Source: an uncultured Oscillospiraceae bacterium (GTDB lineage Bacteria; Bacillota; Clostridia; Oscillospirales; Ruminococcaceae). Taken from it: DNA of 64,000 nucleotides. The DNA is taken from assembly GCA_947522735.1 (NCBI GenBank), contig CANNTZ010000002.1:1-64000 (forward strand). Direction: 5' to 3'. Position 1 is the first letter of the stretch. The number at the start of each line of letters is the position of its first letter. The notes under the pieces were generated by a model. That model did not search any database and was not told the DNA's origin. It saw only the letters and a list, made by a program, of their open reading frames with translations. Positions 38,941-48,552 of the stretch are shown piece by piece. The translations under genes and the position numbers were made by a program.

Positions 38941-39563
38941 TTGGTTCCAAATATCCTGTCGCCCGCGTCGCCGAGACCCGGAACGATGTAGCAGTGCTCA
39001 TTGAGGTGATCGTCAAGCTCCGCGCCGTAAATCTGCACGTCGGGATGAGCCTCGGTCAGCGCCTTGACACCCTCGGGAGCGGCGATGAGGCAGAGGAACT
39101 TGATGCTCTTTGCGTTATGCTTCTTGATGAGATTGACGGCGTCAATGGCGGTGCCTCCGGTAGCAAGCATCGGATCAAGGATAAACACGTCGCGGCTCTC
39201 GATGTCAAACGGAAGCTTGCAGTAATATTCAACCGGCTTGAGAGTCTCGGGATCTCGGTAAAGTCCGATATGACCGACCTTTGCCGCGGGCACAAGCGTC
39301 AGCGCACCGTCCACCATTCCGAGTCCGGCGCGGAGCACCGGCACGAACGCAAGCTTGCGTCCGGAAAGCTCCTGAGCGGTCATCTTGCAGATCGGGGTCT
39401 CGATCTCGACGTCCGCGAGCGGGAGACCGCGCGTCGCATCGTAGCAGATGAGGGTGGTTATCTCGGACACCAGCTCCTTAAACTCCTTGGTTCCGGTGTT
39501 CTTGTCGCGAAGGTGGCGCAACTTGTGCTTGATCAACGGATGATCGAGAAAAATGGGTTCCAT
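38937..39563 (-). CDS. upp: uracil phosphoribosyltransferase
   Basis: 208 aa; [16 protein letters not shown]-binding motif; GGAGG RBS (ORF-track N-terminal extension rejected). Confidence 0.9.
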   Translation of the reverse strand: MEPIFLDHPLIKHKLRHLRDKNTGTKEFKELVSEITTLICYDATRGLPLADVEIETPICKMTAQELSGRKLAFVPVLRAGLGMVDGALTLVPAAKVGHIGLYRDPETLKPVEYYCKLPFDIESRDVFILDPMLATGGTAIDAVNLIKKHNAKSIKFLCLIAAPEGVKALTEAHPDVQIYGAELDDHLNEHCYIVPGLGDAGDRIFGTK

Positions 39564-39610
39564 GTATTTTTCCTCCTGATTATATGATAGTGGATAAAAG
39601 CTTGCATAGT

Positions 39611-40063
39611 TTATTCCGCCTTGAAGGTGCCGTTTTCTATCTCGGATATCTGCGCTACGCGGCGTGCGTGGCGTCCGCCCTCGAACGGCGTATTGAGGTA
39701 GAGATCCACAATCTCGCAGGCCAGTCCGGGGCCGACGACCCTTGCGCCGAGGCAGCAGACGTTGGCGTCGTTGTGCAGACGGGTGTATTTGGCGCTGAAG
39801 CAGTCGCCGCAAACGGCCGCACGGATGCCCTTGACCTTGTTGGCCGCCATCGACATGCCGATGCCCGTTCCGCAGACGAGTATTCCCCTCTCGCATTTTC
39901 CGGCCACTATCGCGTCGCAGACCTTCTTCGCGATGAATGCATAATCAACCGAGCTTGTGTCATGGCAGCCGAAGTCCTCATACCGGACGCCGAGGCTGTC
40001 AAGATGCTTTTTAAGCGCTTCCTTGAGCTCAAAACCACCGTGGTCACTTCCGATTGCAATCAT
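39611..40063 (-). CDS. rpiB: ribose-5-phosphate isomerase B
   Basis: [29 protein letters not shown]. Confidence 0.9.
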   Translation of the reverse strand: MIAIGSDHGGFELKEALKKHLDSLGVRYEDFGCHDTSSVDYAFIAKKVCDAIVAGKCERGILVCGTGIGMSMAANKVKGIRAAVCGDCFSAKYTRLHNDANVCCLGARVVGPGLACEIVDLYLNTPFEGGRHARRVAQISEIENGTFKAE

Positions 40064-40086
40064 AACATGTATCCTCCAAATCAGTT

Positions 40087-40836
40087 TTATCCCTGTTTTT
40101 TCGCAGCCCTTTCGGCGGCAATGCGCGCGTTGCGCTCGCGCTCCGCCTGCGGCAGCCGGAGATATACCGGCGCAAGCTGCTGCGCCGTCAGCGTTTCGCC
40201 GCGCTGCACCGCCGCTTGAGCGGCCATACAGACGCCGTAGCCCGTCTGGTTGACAAGCATTGGCGGCGCGAGTGTCACGTCCATCCTGTCATTCATTATA
40301 TTATAGCACATTTCCGCGCCGTCTCCAACTAAAATTACGGATTTTCCCGAATTTTTGCGTTGCAGCGTCTCTCCTATCCGCTTTTCAAGGTCGTCTGTCG
40401 ATATCGCCTCGTCGGCGAACAGCCGCTCGAAGCGGCCTTTTTCCGCGTCAAGCTCAAACATCGCGGTGTAGACCTGCTTGCAGCGCGCGTCCATTACCGG
40501 GCAGACTATTCCGCTCAGTCCGGTCATATTCCGGGCAAGCGCCTCCAGCGTGGAGGCTCCGATACAGGGCTTTTCAAGTGTAAAGGAAATAGCCTTTACA
40601 GCAGCTATGCCTATCCTTATCCCCGTAAACGACCCCGGACCTGCCGAAACCGCGAGGTAATCGACGTCGTTGAGCGTCATCCTCGCGCAGTCCAGCAGCG
40701 CCTGCATCATCGGCAGCGCCGTCTGGCTGTGCGTCAGGCGCGTGTTGAGCTGCGTCTGCGCTATAATCCTTCCGTCCTCGCAGATAGCCGCGGAGGCGGC
40801 CTTTGCGGAGGTGTCAAGCCCAAGTATTACCGGCAA
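40087..40836 (-). CDS. tsaB: tRNA threonylcarbamoyladenosine biosynthesis protein TsaB
   Basis: ILGLDTSAKAASAAI...GPGSFTGIRIGIAAVKA. Confidence 0.85.
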   Translation of the reverse strand: MPVILGLDTSAKAASAAICEDGRIIAQTQLNTRLTHSQTALPMMQALLDCARMTLNDVDYLAVSAGPGSFTGIRIGIAAVKAISFTLEKPCIGASTLEALARNMTGLSGIVCPVMDARCKQVYTAMFELDAEKGRFERLFADEAISTDDLEKRIGETLQRKNSGKSVILVGDGAEMCYNIMNDRMDVTLAPPMLVNQTGYGVCMAAQAAVQRGETLTAQQLAPVYLRLPQAERERNARIAAERAAKKQG

Positions 40837-41257
40837 ATCTATCGTCTCCAGTTACAGTGATCTCGCGCGTATAGTCGTCGATACGGCGGATGTTGATATA
40901 GATCGTATTTTCGGGAAGGTATGCCGCGATATTCTCGCTCCACTCCACCGCCGATATCGAAGCCCCGTCAAGATAATCGAAAAAGCCCGTAGAATACAGG
41001 CTGTCGAAGCCCTCGACGCGGTACATATCAAAGTGATTGAGCGGCGTTTCGCCCTCATAGCGGTTGACGATGGCGAAGGTTGGGCTGGTCACGCTGCCGC
41101 GGCAGCCAAGTCCGCGCGCCAGTCCGCGCGTGAACGCCGTTTTGCCCATGCCAAGCCCTCCGGTATACGCGATTACGTCGCCCGGGCGCAGCTTTTGCGA
41201 AAACCGCTGCGCAAAGTCCTCGGTGTCGTGCTCCGAATGCGATATATAACGAAGCAT
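40814..41257 (-). CDS. tsaE: tRNA t6A ATPase TsaE
   Basis: YTGGLGMGKTAFTRGLARGLG P-loop; 147 aa. Confidence 0.85.
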   Translation of the reverse strand: MLRYISHSEHDTEDFAQRFSQKLRPGDVIAYTGGLGMGKTAFTRGLARGLGCRGSVTSPTFAIVNRYEGETPLNHFDMYRVEGFDSLYSTGFFDYLDGASISAVEWSENIAAYLPENTIYINIRRIDDYTREITVTGDDRFAGNTWA

Positions 41258-41279
41258 TTTTCTTCTCCTAACGCCAAAA

Positions 41280-42959
41280 TCAGAACAATCCGGTTATTTT
41301 TCCGCTTGCGTCCACGTCGATGCCGCAGGCGGCGGGGCGCTTTGGCAAGCCGGGCATCGTCATGATGTCGCCGGTGAGCGCGACGACAAAGCCCGCGCCC
41401 GCGGAGAGCCGGACCTCCTTGACGCTGACCGTGAAGCTTTCGGGCCGTCCGAGCTTCTTCGGATCGTCCGATAGCGAATATTGCGTCTTTGCCACGCAGA
41501 CCGGCAGTCCGTCCGCGCCAAGCCTCTCTATCTCTGCTATCTGCCTGTCAGCCTGTGTCGTATATTCCACGCCGGACGCGCCGTATATCTCTCGCGCTAT
41601 CGTATCAAGCTTTTCCTTTAATCCGAGAGAAAGGTCATAGAGGGGCGCAAAATTCGACTGCTCGCGCTCGCAGACGTCCACGACGGCCCTCGCAAGCTCC
41701 GCGCCGCCGGCGCCGCCCTTTGCAAAAACCTCCGCCATCGCATACCGGACGCCGAGCGCATCGCAATAATCGCCGAAAATCTTGATCTCCTCCGGTGTGT
41801 CGCAGGCAAAGCGGTTGAGAGCGACGACGACCGGAACTCCAAATTTGCGCATGTTTTCAACGTGCTTGCCGAGATTGACTATCCCCCTTGCGAGCGCCTC
41901 GGGGGCAGGCTGCGAGGCTTCGGTCTTTGGCACGCCGCCGTTATACTTAAAAGAGCGCAGCGTGGCGACGAGCACGACGGCCGACGGCCTGAGGCCCGCC
42001 ATGCGGCACTTGATATCGAAAAATTTTTCCGCTCCGAGATCGGAGCCGAAGCCAGCCTCGGTGATGCAGTAATCCGCCAGCTTGAGGGCGAGACGGGTGG
42101 CGCGCACCGAGTTGCAGCCGTGCGCGATATTCGCGAACGGGCCGCCGTGCATCAGCGCCGGGGTGTTCTCCACCGTTTGGATCAGGTTCGGCTTTATCGC
42201 GTCTCGAAGCAGTGCCGCCATGGCGCCGACAGCGCCGATATCCCGCGCGTAAACCGGCGAGCCGTCAAAGCTGAACGCTACAAGGATGGAGCCGAGCCGC
42301 TCCTTGAGGTCGCTGATATCCGCGGCGAGACAGAGGATAGCCATGACCTCGCTGGCGACGGTGATGATGAAGCCGTCCTCGCGCGGCATACCGTTCAGCC
42401 TGCCGCCAAGCCCGGCGACGATGCTGCGCAGCTCGCGGTCGTTCATGTCCATGCAGCGCTTGATGAGCACGCGGCGCGGATCGACGCCGAGGGCGTTGCC
42501 CTGATGGATGTGGTTGTCGAGCATTGCGCAGAGCAGGTTGTTCGCGGAGGTTATCGCGTGCATATCTCCTGTGAAGTGGAGATTTATGTCCTCCATCGGC
42601 AGCACCTGAGCGTAGCCGCCGCCGGCCGCGCCGCCCTTTACGCCGAACACCGGCCCGAGCGACGGCTCGCGCAGCGCAATAATCGCCCTTTTGCCGATGT
42701 GCGCCATTGCCTCGCCAAGCCCGACGGTGACTGTGGTCTTGCCCTCGCCCGCCGGGGTCGGATTTATCGCGGTGACAAGCACCAGTCTGCCGTCCGGCGC
42801 ATCCCGGAGGCGGTCAAACGCCTCGTCCGATATCTTCGCCTTATATCTGCCGTAAAGCTCCAGCTCCTCCTCCCGGATCCCTGCCCTCTCGGCAATCTCG
42901 ATTATCGGGCGCATACGTGCCGACTGGGCGATCTCAATATCGCTCGGGAAATTCGACAT
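41280..42959 (-). CDS. fhs: formate--tetrahydrofolate ligase
   Basis: SDIEIAQ N-terminus, [15 protein letters not shown]-loop; start [12 protein letters not shown] (ORF-track upstream extension rejected). Confidence 0.9.
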   Translation of the reverse strand: MSNFPSDIEIAQSARMRPIIEIAERAGIREEELELYGRYKAKISDEAFDRLRDAPDGRLVLVTAINPTPAGEGKTTVTVGLGEAMAHIGKRAIIALREPSLGPVFGVKGGAAGGGYAQVLPMEDINLHFTGDMHAITSANNLLCAMLDNHIHQGNALGVDPRRVLIKRCMDMNDRELRSIVAGLGGRLNGMPREDGFIITVASEVMAILCLAADISDLKERLGSILVAFSFDGSPVYARDIGAVGAMAALLRDAIKPNLIQTVENTPALMHGGPFANIAHGCNSVRATRLALKLADYCITEAGFGSDLGAEKFFDIKCRMAGLRPSAVVLVATLRSFKYNGGVPKTEASQPAPEALARGIVNLGKHVENMRKFGVPVVVALNRFACDTPEEIKIFGDYCDALGVRYAMAEVFAKGGAGGAELARAVVDVCEREQSNFAPLYDLSLGLKEKLDTIAREIYGASGVEYTTQADRQIAEIERLGADGLPVCVAKTQYSLSDDPKKLGRPESFTVSVKEVRLSAGAGFVVALTGDIMTMPGLPKRPAACGIDVDASGKITGLF

Positions 42960-43139
42960 CTCGCAACATCCTTTCTCTCGCGCGGTACGGCGCGTTTGGG
43001 TCAAATTAAAATTATTATAACACAATTCTCCTTCCATTTAAAGTATGTACTTGAATATTTGTCGCGTAAGTGATAAAATTGTCTTATTGCAAATTATTTT
43101 TATCCAATCATTTCCCATTGTCACACGGAGGGCGCTCCC

Positions 43140-44273
43140 TTGGTCAAGAAACTCTTTAAACCGATCCGCAGATATTTCAAATACGCCGACAAGCTGACGC
43201 TTCTGCTTTGCATCGTCTGCTCGGCGTTCAGCATCCTGCTGCTCTACGGTATGCTTGCGTCGAACATGCCGAGAGTTTCGATGCGGCAGCTCAAGGTGCA
43301 GTACGCCGCCTCGGCGATAGGTATAACGGCGGCAATAGTCGTCTCCTGCATCGATTACCACTTCATCGCAAAGCTCTGGAAGCTGTACGCGCCGCTTTCA
43401 ATCGCGCTTGTCGTGCTGACCTTCTTCTTCGGGATGCAGCGCGGCGATGCGGACGACCGCGCGTGGCTGCCGCTGCCGCTGGGCATGTCGCTTCAGCCCT
43501 CAGAGCTGATGAAGATAGCGTTCATCATGACCTTTTCGCTGCATCTCAGCCTTGTCCGCGAAAAGATAAACTCGCCGCTCCAGCTTCTGCTGCTCTGCGT
43601 CCACGGCGCGCTACCGATACTGCTCGTCCGCAAGCAGGGCGACGACGGCACGATGCTCGTCTTTGTGCTGATTTTCGCGTCGCTGCTGTTCTCCGCGGGG
43701 CTGAACTGGAAATATATTGCCGCAGCAGTCGTCGCGGGCACCGCGCTGTCGCCTTTTGCGTGGAAATATCTGCTCAGCAACGACCAACGTCAGCGCTTTT
43801 TGATCACCTATTCCCTGGAGAGCGACCCGCTGGACAAGGGCTTCCAGCAGCTTGAGGGCCTGACAGCGCTCGGCTCCGGCAAGATATGGGGCATCGGCAT
43901 CTTCTCAGAGAAGCACTGGTGGACTCCGGAGATACACAACGACTTCATCTTCACCTTCATCGGCCAATCGCTCGGACTTGTCGGCTGCGCCGCGGTCATT
44001 CTGCTGCTCGCCGTCATCATGGCGCGCTTTCTCTTCAACGCAAGCCGCGCGGCGGACGAGCTTGGACGCTTCATCTGCATCGGCGTATTCGCAATGTTCG
44101 CGTTTCAGGCGATACTCAACATCGGCATGTGTCTCGCCGTGCTGCCGGTCATCGGCATCACACTCCCACTGATAAGCGCGGGCGGCACCTCGGTCATCAC
44201 CTCCTATCTCGGCATCGGGCTTGCGTTGAGCGTCGCCTATCACTCCCGCAAGCCGGATTTTGACCACGGCTGA
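43140..44273 (+). CDS. SEDS-family peptidoglycan glycosyltransferase (FtsW/RodA/SpoVE)
   Basis: 10 TM, conserved periplasmic loop; TTG start after GGAGG. Confidence 0.8.
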   Translation: MVKKLFKPIRRYFKYADKLTLLLCIVCSAFSILLLYGMLASNMPRVSMRQLKVQYAASAIGITAAIVVSCIDYHFIAKLWKLYAPLSIALVVLTFFFGMQRGDADDRAWLPLPLGMSLQPSELMKIAFIMTFSLHLSLVREKINSPLQLLLLCVHGALPILLVRKQGDDGTMLVFVLIFASLLFSAGLNWKYIAAAVVAGTALSPFAWKYLLSNDQRQRFLITYSLESDPLDKGFQQLEGLTALGSGKIWGIGIFSEKHWWTPEIHNDFIFTFIGQSLGLVGCAAVILLLAVIMARFLFNASRAADELGRFICIGVFAMFAFQAILNIGMCLAVLPVIGITLPLISAGGTSVITSYLGIGLALSVAYHSRKPDFDHG

Positions 44274-44320
44274 CAACACCGGCGCGACAGCGCCGAACAA
44301 AATATTGAAGGAGCTTCAAC

Positions 44321-44884
44321 ATGTCTGAACAGAAAAAGAACCCCGTTGCGACCATTGAAATGGAAAACGGCGGCGTAATCAGGGTCGAGCTTTATCCCGA
44401 CATTGCGCCGAACACCGTCAACAATTTTATTGCGCTCGCGAACTCCGGCTATTACAACGGCATAATATTCCATCGCGTCATTCCCGGCTTCATGATACAG
44501 GGCGGCTGTCCGCAGGGCACCGGCATGGGCGGGCCCGGATATGTAATTGAGGGCGAATTTGCCGACAACGGCCACGCCGAAAACAACCTCCCCCACACCC
44601 GCGGGGTCATCTCGATGGCGCGCCGCGGCGGCACGATGTGGAACCCGGCGCTCGGCTACAACACCGCCGGAAGTCAGTTTTTCATCATGGTCAGCGATGC
44701 GGACTATCTCGACCGCCAGTACGCCGCATTCGGCAAGGTGATCGAGGGCATGGAGACCGCCGACGCCATTGTCGCCTCCCCACGCGACCGCTCCGACCGT
44801 CCCTACGAGGATCAGCGCATGAAGAGGGTATCCGTTGAGACCTTCGGCGTCGAATATCCCGCGCCGAAAACGACGGTCGAATAA
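44321..44884 (+). CDS. ppiB: cyclophilin-type peptidyl-prolyl cis-trans isomerase
   Basis: FHRVIPGFMIQGGCPQGTGMGGPGY. Confidence 0.9.
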   Translation: MSEQKKNPVATIEMENGGVIRVELYPDIAPNTVNNFIALANSGYYNGIIFHRVIPGFMIQGGCPQGTGMGGPGYVIEGEFADNGHAENNLPHTRGVISMARRGGTMWNPALGYNTAGSQFFIMVSDADYLDRQYAAFGKVIEGMETADAIVASPRDRSDRPYEDQRMKRVSVETFGVEYPAPKTTVE

Positions 44885-45543
44885 TGGCAGGGTACGAATA
44901 CGTTTTCTGGGACTGGAACGGCACGCTGATGGACGACGTGTATGTCGCGCTCGCATCGGTCAACGATATCCTTGCCCGCCGCGGCCGCGCTCCAATAGAC
45001 CTTGAGCGCTACTATTCGCTCATGGCAACGCCGATAACGCTGTTCTATGAACGGCTGTTCGCGCCGGAAAAGCCCGATTTCCCCGCGCTTTCCCGCGAAT
45101 TTCACGAGGGCTACGACCGGCATCTTCCGGAGCACGGGCTTGCCGTGGGCGCGCGCGAAACGCTGGAGGCAATCGCCCGCGCCGGTATACGGCAAGCGCT
45201 TGTCTCGTCGAGCGAAGCCGGACGGCTTGTACGGCAGGTCAGGGCCCTCGGCATCGACGGATTGTTCGAGAACGTCGCCGGTCAGGACGATTTCAGCGCC
45301 GGAAGCAAGCTTTGCTCCGTGCGGCGGCATATCGCTCTGGCCGGAGTTGCGCCGGAAAAGGCGCTGATGCTCGGCGACCTTGAGCACGACGCCGAGGTTG
45401 CGCATGACCTTGGCTGCGGCTGTCTGCTCTATTCCGGCGGACACCAGTCGCGCAGGGTGCTCGAAGCGCTGGGCGCGCCGGTCATCGACCGCATTCCCGA
45501 CGCACTGCACTATATTATGGGGAGAGAGACGTGCTTGAGATAA
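44884..45543 (+). CDS. HAD-superfamily hydrolase (phosphoglycolate phosphatase-like)
   Basis: FWDWNGTLMDD motif I, SS...motif II, LGDLEHD motif IV. Confidence 0.8.
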   Translation: MAGYEYVFWDWNGTLMDDVYVALASVNDILARRGRAPIDLERYYSLMATPITLFYERLFAPEKPDFPALSREFHEGYDRHLPEHGLAVGARETLEAIARAGIRQALVSSSEAGRLVRQVRALGIDGLFENVAGQDDFSAGSKLCSVRRHIALAGVAPEKALMLGDLEHDAEVAHDLGCGCLLYSGGHQSRRVLEALGAPVIDRIPDALHYIMGRETCLR

Positions 45544-46064
45544 AAATAATCGACGAGGCACGCCGGGCGGATATCAACCTGCCAAACGAGCCGTTCGAGC
45601 TGTCCGGCAGGATGATCCCCTCCTATTGCGACGGACACTGGAGCTGCAATTTCGTCAGCCTTGCGCCGGAGGAGGCGTCTGAGATGTGTTTTCCCGACGA
45701 AAACTACGATTACGACGCGATGACAGGTGAAAAAAACATCTTTCTCGGCGCTTATGACGGCGAAAGCTGCTGCGGTCTGGCGATATTACAGCCCGGCTTT
45801 TTCAGGTATATGTACCTGTACGACCTCAAGGTCTGCCGTAATTACCGGCGCCGGCACATCGGGACGCTGCTGATAGGTAAGGCGAAAGAGGTCGCGACCG
45901 GGCTTGGCTATCGCGGGCTCTACACGCAGGCACAGGACAACAATCCCGGCGCGTGCAGATTCTATCTCCGCGAGGGCTTTTATATCGGCGGCATCGATAC
46001 CAACGTATACAAATGGACCTCCCAGGAGGGCAAAACGGATATCATATTCTATCTTGACTGTTGA
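45531..46064 (+). CDS. GNAT family N-acetyltransferase
   Basis: LKVCRNYRRRHIGTLLIGKAKE acetyl-CoA site. Confidence 0.75.
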   Translation: MLEIKIIDEARRADINLPNEPFELSGRMIPSYCDGHWSCNFVSLAPEEASEMCFPDENYDYDAMTGEKNIFLGAYDGESCCGLAILQPGFFRYMYLYDLKVCRNYRRRHIGTLLIGKAKEVATGLGYRGLYTQAQDNNPGACRFYLREGFYIGGIDTNVYKWTSQEGKTDIIFYLDC

Positions 46065-46088
46065 CAGGCACACAAAAGGACGTGAGCA

Positions 46089-46536
46089 TTTGAACAACGC
46101 AACTCCCAGCGGCGTCGGGCGTTTTTTTGACAAGGACATCCGCGCCGTCAGGCCCGAGATGATAGGCAGCGGCGCTGCGCTCGGCATACATGCGGCTATT
46201 GCGCTGCACTGTGCGCATATGGATGTCGGTCTTGCCGATTTTCACCTGCTCCGCGAGCCGCTACCGGCGGGAACGCCCGTCGAGGAATACTTCTACGCTT
46301 CCGGCGAGAGCCATTCCGCCTCCTGTCCCGCGGGGGTGATGGAGCTCCGCCTCAAAAAGGGCGCGAGCCTCTGCTACGATCTGACCGCCGGATCGCGCTG
46401 CTTCATCGGCGCCTATCTCTACGAAAACGCCGAGGGTAGGCGCTTCCTCGTATTCAACCTTGACGGTGAGGATTTCCTGACAGGCAGACGCCTTGAGCTG
46501 CTTCACGAGCTGGAGCGCTGGCTCGCCGGAGAATGA
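46089..46536 (+). CDS. hypothetical protein (~149 aa), start uncertain
   Basis: ORF in different frame from GNAT; AAAGGA RBS + TTG; no recognisable motifs. Confidence 0.4.
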
Positions 46537-46547
46537 ACAGAACAGAA

Positions 46548-46590
46548 AATACCGGAAAGACTCCTGACGTCCTTCCGGTATTTTTTTGCG
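46548..46590 (+). terminator. intrinsic terminator
   Basis: ATACCGGAAaG...cTCCTTCCGGTAT hairpin + TTTTTTT. Confidence 0.65.
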
Positions 46591-46677
46591 ACGCCTTATT
46601 CTCGCCGTAGCTCAGGGATTTTCAGCTTGACGCATTGCATCAACAGCCTTGCCCAGACCATAACAATGCCTAATATG

Positions 46678-46706
46678 GTGGATTTACACCCATCCTCCGG
46701 GCTGAT
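46678..46706 (+). promoter_or_regulatory. sigma70 promoter
   Basis: TTTACA-17-TATAAT upstream of 46749 gene. Confidence 0.55.
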
Positions 46707-46748
46707 ATAATAAAGTCATACTATCATCGAGCCAAAGGAGGAACCGCC

Positions 46749-48461
46749 GTGTTTTCAGAGCAAAACCCGTGGATACCGCAGCGCGAGCCTATAATCTGCT
46801 GCTGGGAATCCGATTCCGTTCGAGGCGCCTATTCAAACCCGTTTGCGTCGCTCCTGCCTAACGTCTACGAATATTCCGAGAAGCAGATGCTTCAATACGC
46901 GCGGATGCTCAGACGCTTCGGCTTCACCGGAGTACAACTGCTGGATACCTGCTATTCATGGGCGCGCTCCGGCTCCATCGACGCGTTCCACGACAAGCTC
47001 CGCCGCATGATGCGCGCCGCCCGCGAGGCCGGACTCGACGTCACGCTCTGGATATGGGCGGCGAATTTCGAGGGCTTCGGCTGGAGAGATCCCGACGTCG
47101 TTTACAGGCCCGCCGCCGGCTATACCGCCCGGAGCGACCCGAGGGTTCGCGCATGCTTTGAGAAATACTACAACTGCTACGCCGAGCTGGCTCCCCTGTG
47201 CGACCGGCTCATCTGCCACTATTTCGATCCGGGCGAGCTTGACGAATTTGAGGACGTGTTCTTCTACATGAAGCTCATCGAGGCCAAATTCCGCGAGAAA
47301 AACCCGGATATCCGCATGGGCGTGGACAACTGGGGCGCGCCGGAGGGCTATCCGCAAGCGCTTGCAGCCTCCGGGATGACCGGATACCTGCTGCTTGAAC
47401 AGTCCAACCCCGCCGATTGGCCCGAGAACAGCCGCGCGGAATACCGCAGAGAGGTTGAGAAAAACGGCTTTTGCTCCGGTGTTTGGAGCTGGTACACCGC
47501 CGAATACGAGGCCGACCAGCGCGCCGGAATGTACGTCAATGCTCACATTTTGAAGGAGCGCTACCTCAAGGTTCTCGAACAGACCGGAGATTGCCTTCCA
47601 ACCTCCTATTGGGCCGAGATAGAGACGACGCATCTCTACGACCTCTTCACCGTCTATTGCGCCGCGCAGCTCCTGATCGATCCCTATCGCGACGCCGACG
47701 AGCTGCTGAAGGAGATAGCCGGGCTGATATGGACCGGAGAAAATGCCAAAAAGGTCTGCGAAGCGCTGCGGCTCATCGAGGACGTCCGTTCCGGCTATAC
47801 ATGGGAGGAATACTGGTGGACCTGCGACAAATTCAAGAGCCGCCGCACGGGCAGGGCTGAGCTTGTGCGCGCCGAAAAGAGCTGCGCGGATATTGCGGCG
47901 CTCGCCGCCGACCGCTCGATAAGCTCCGCCGAGCTGTCGCTGCCGTTCGAGCCTTGGGTAATCGCCGGGCTTATGCTGCCGCACCTTGAGCAGATCCGTC
48001 TGCTCTGCGAATTTGAGCTTGGCATGGAAAGGCTCGAGGGCCTTCTCGCCGAGGGATGCTCCCAGCACCTGCTCTATCATGAGCTTAAAAAGCTGCTGCG
48101 TCCAATCCCCGATTATAACACATGGGTCGGCGAGTTCTATCAGCTTGAGCGCTACCGCCAGTACGACATGGCGCGCGACTTCTGCCGCCGGGCCGATATC
48201 CCGATGCCGAAGGATCCGCGGCGTATCTACGAGCTGCGCCGCGTCGCCGTCGAGCGCCTGAGCACATTACAGCGCGGCCGCAGCGAGCCGCTGCTTTTCA
48301 ACGCCTGCGATGCCCTCGCCTCGCCCTATTCCTGCTCGCAGTATGAGGCGATCGAGCTTCTTCAGATGATGATTGACGAGGGCCTGATAGAATACGCCGG
48401 AGACGGGCGCTACCGCCTCGTCCACTGGGACGAGCGGCGCTTCGACTTCTGTCCGGCATAA
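46749..48461 (+). CDS. hypothetical 570-aa protein (possible TIM-barrel glycosidase-like)
   Basis: AAAGGAGG RBS + GTG; W/Y/D/E-rich composition typical of carbohydrate-active enzymes; no confident family. Confidence 0.45.
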   Translation: MFSEQNPWIPQREPIICCWESDSVRGAYSNPFASLLPNVYEYSEKQMLQYARMLRRFGFTGVQLLDTCYSWARSGSIDAFHDKLRRMMRAAREAGLDVTLWIWAANFEGFGWRDPDVVYRPAAGYTARSDPRVRACFEKYYNCYAELAPLCDRLICHYFDPGELDEFEDVFFYMKLIEAKFREKNPDIRMGVDNWGAPEGYPQALAASGMTGYLLLEQSNPADWPENSRAEYRREVEKNGFCSGVWSWYTAEYEADQRAGMYVNAHILKERYLKVLEQTGDCLPTSYWAEIETTHLYDLFTVYCAAQLLIDPYRDADELLKEIAGLIWTGENAKKVCEALRLIEDVRSGYTWEEYWWTCDKFKSRRTGRAELVRAEKSCADIAALAADRSISSAELSLPFEPWVIAGLMLPHLEQIRLLCEFELGMERLEGLLAEGCSQHLLYHELKKLLRPIPDYNTWVGEFYQLERYRQYDMARDFCRRADIPMPKDPRRIYELRRVAVERLSTLQRGRSEPLLFNACDALASPYSCSQYEAIELLQMMIDEGLIEYAGDGRYRLVHWDERRFDFCPA

Positions 48462-48552
48462 TCCTCTCGCGATTCCCGTTATTTATAATATAACGGCAGG
48501 CCCCGGAGCTATCAATATGCTCCGAAGCCTGCCGTTATCATGCGTCTGCGCG

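Noticed and set aside
38937-39896. 319-aa version of upp with 110-aa N-terminal extension
   Set aside because: Extension is Arg/Gln/Gly-rich junk; canonical Upp start MEPIFLDHP preceded by GGAGG
46956-48080. 374-aa minus-strand ORF
   Set aside because: Antisense to the 570-aa ORF, which has a strong RBS and more protein-like composition
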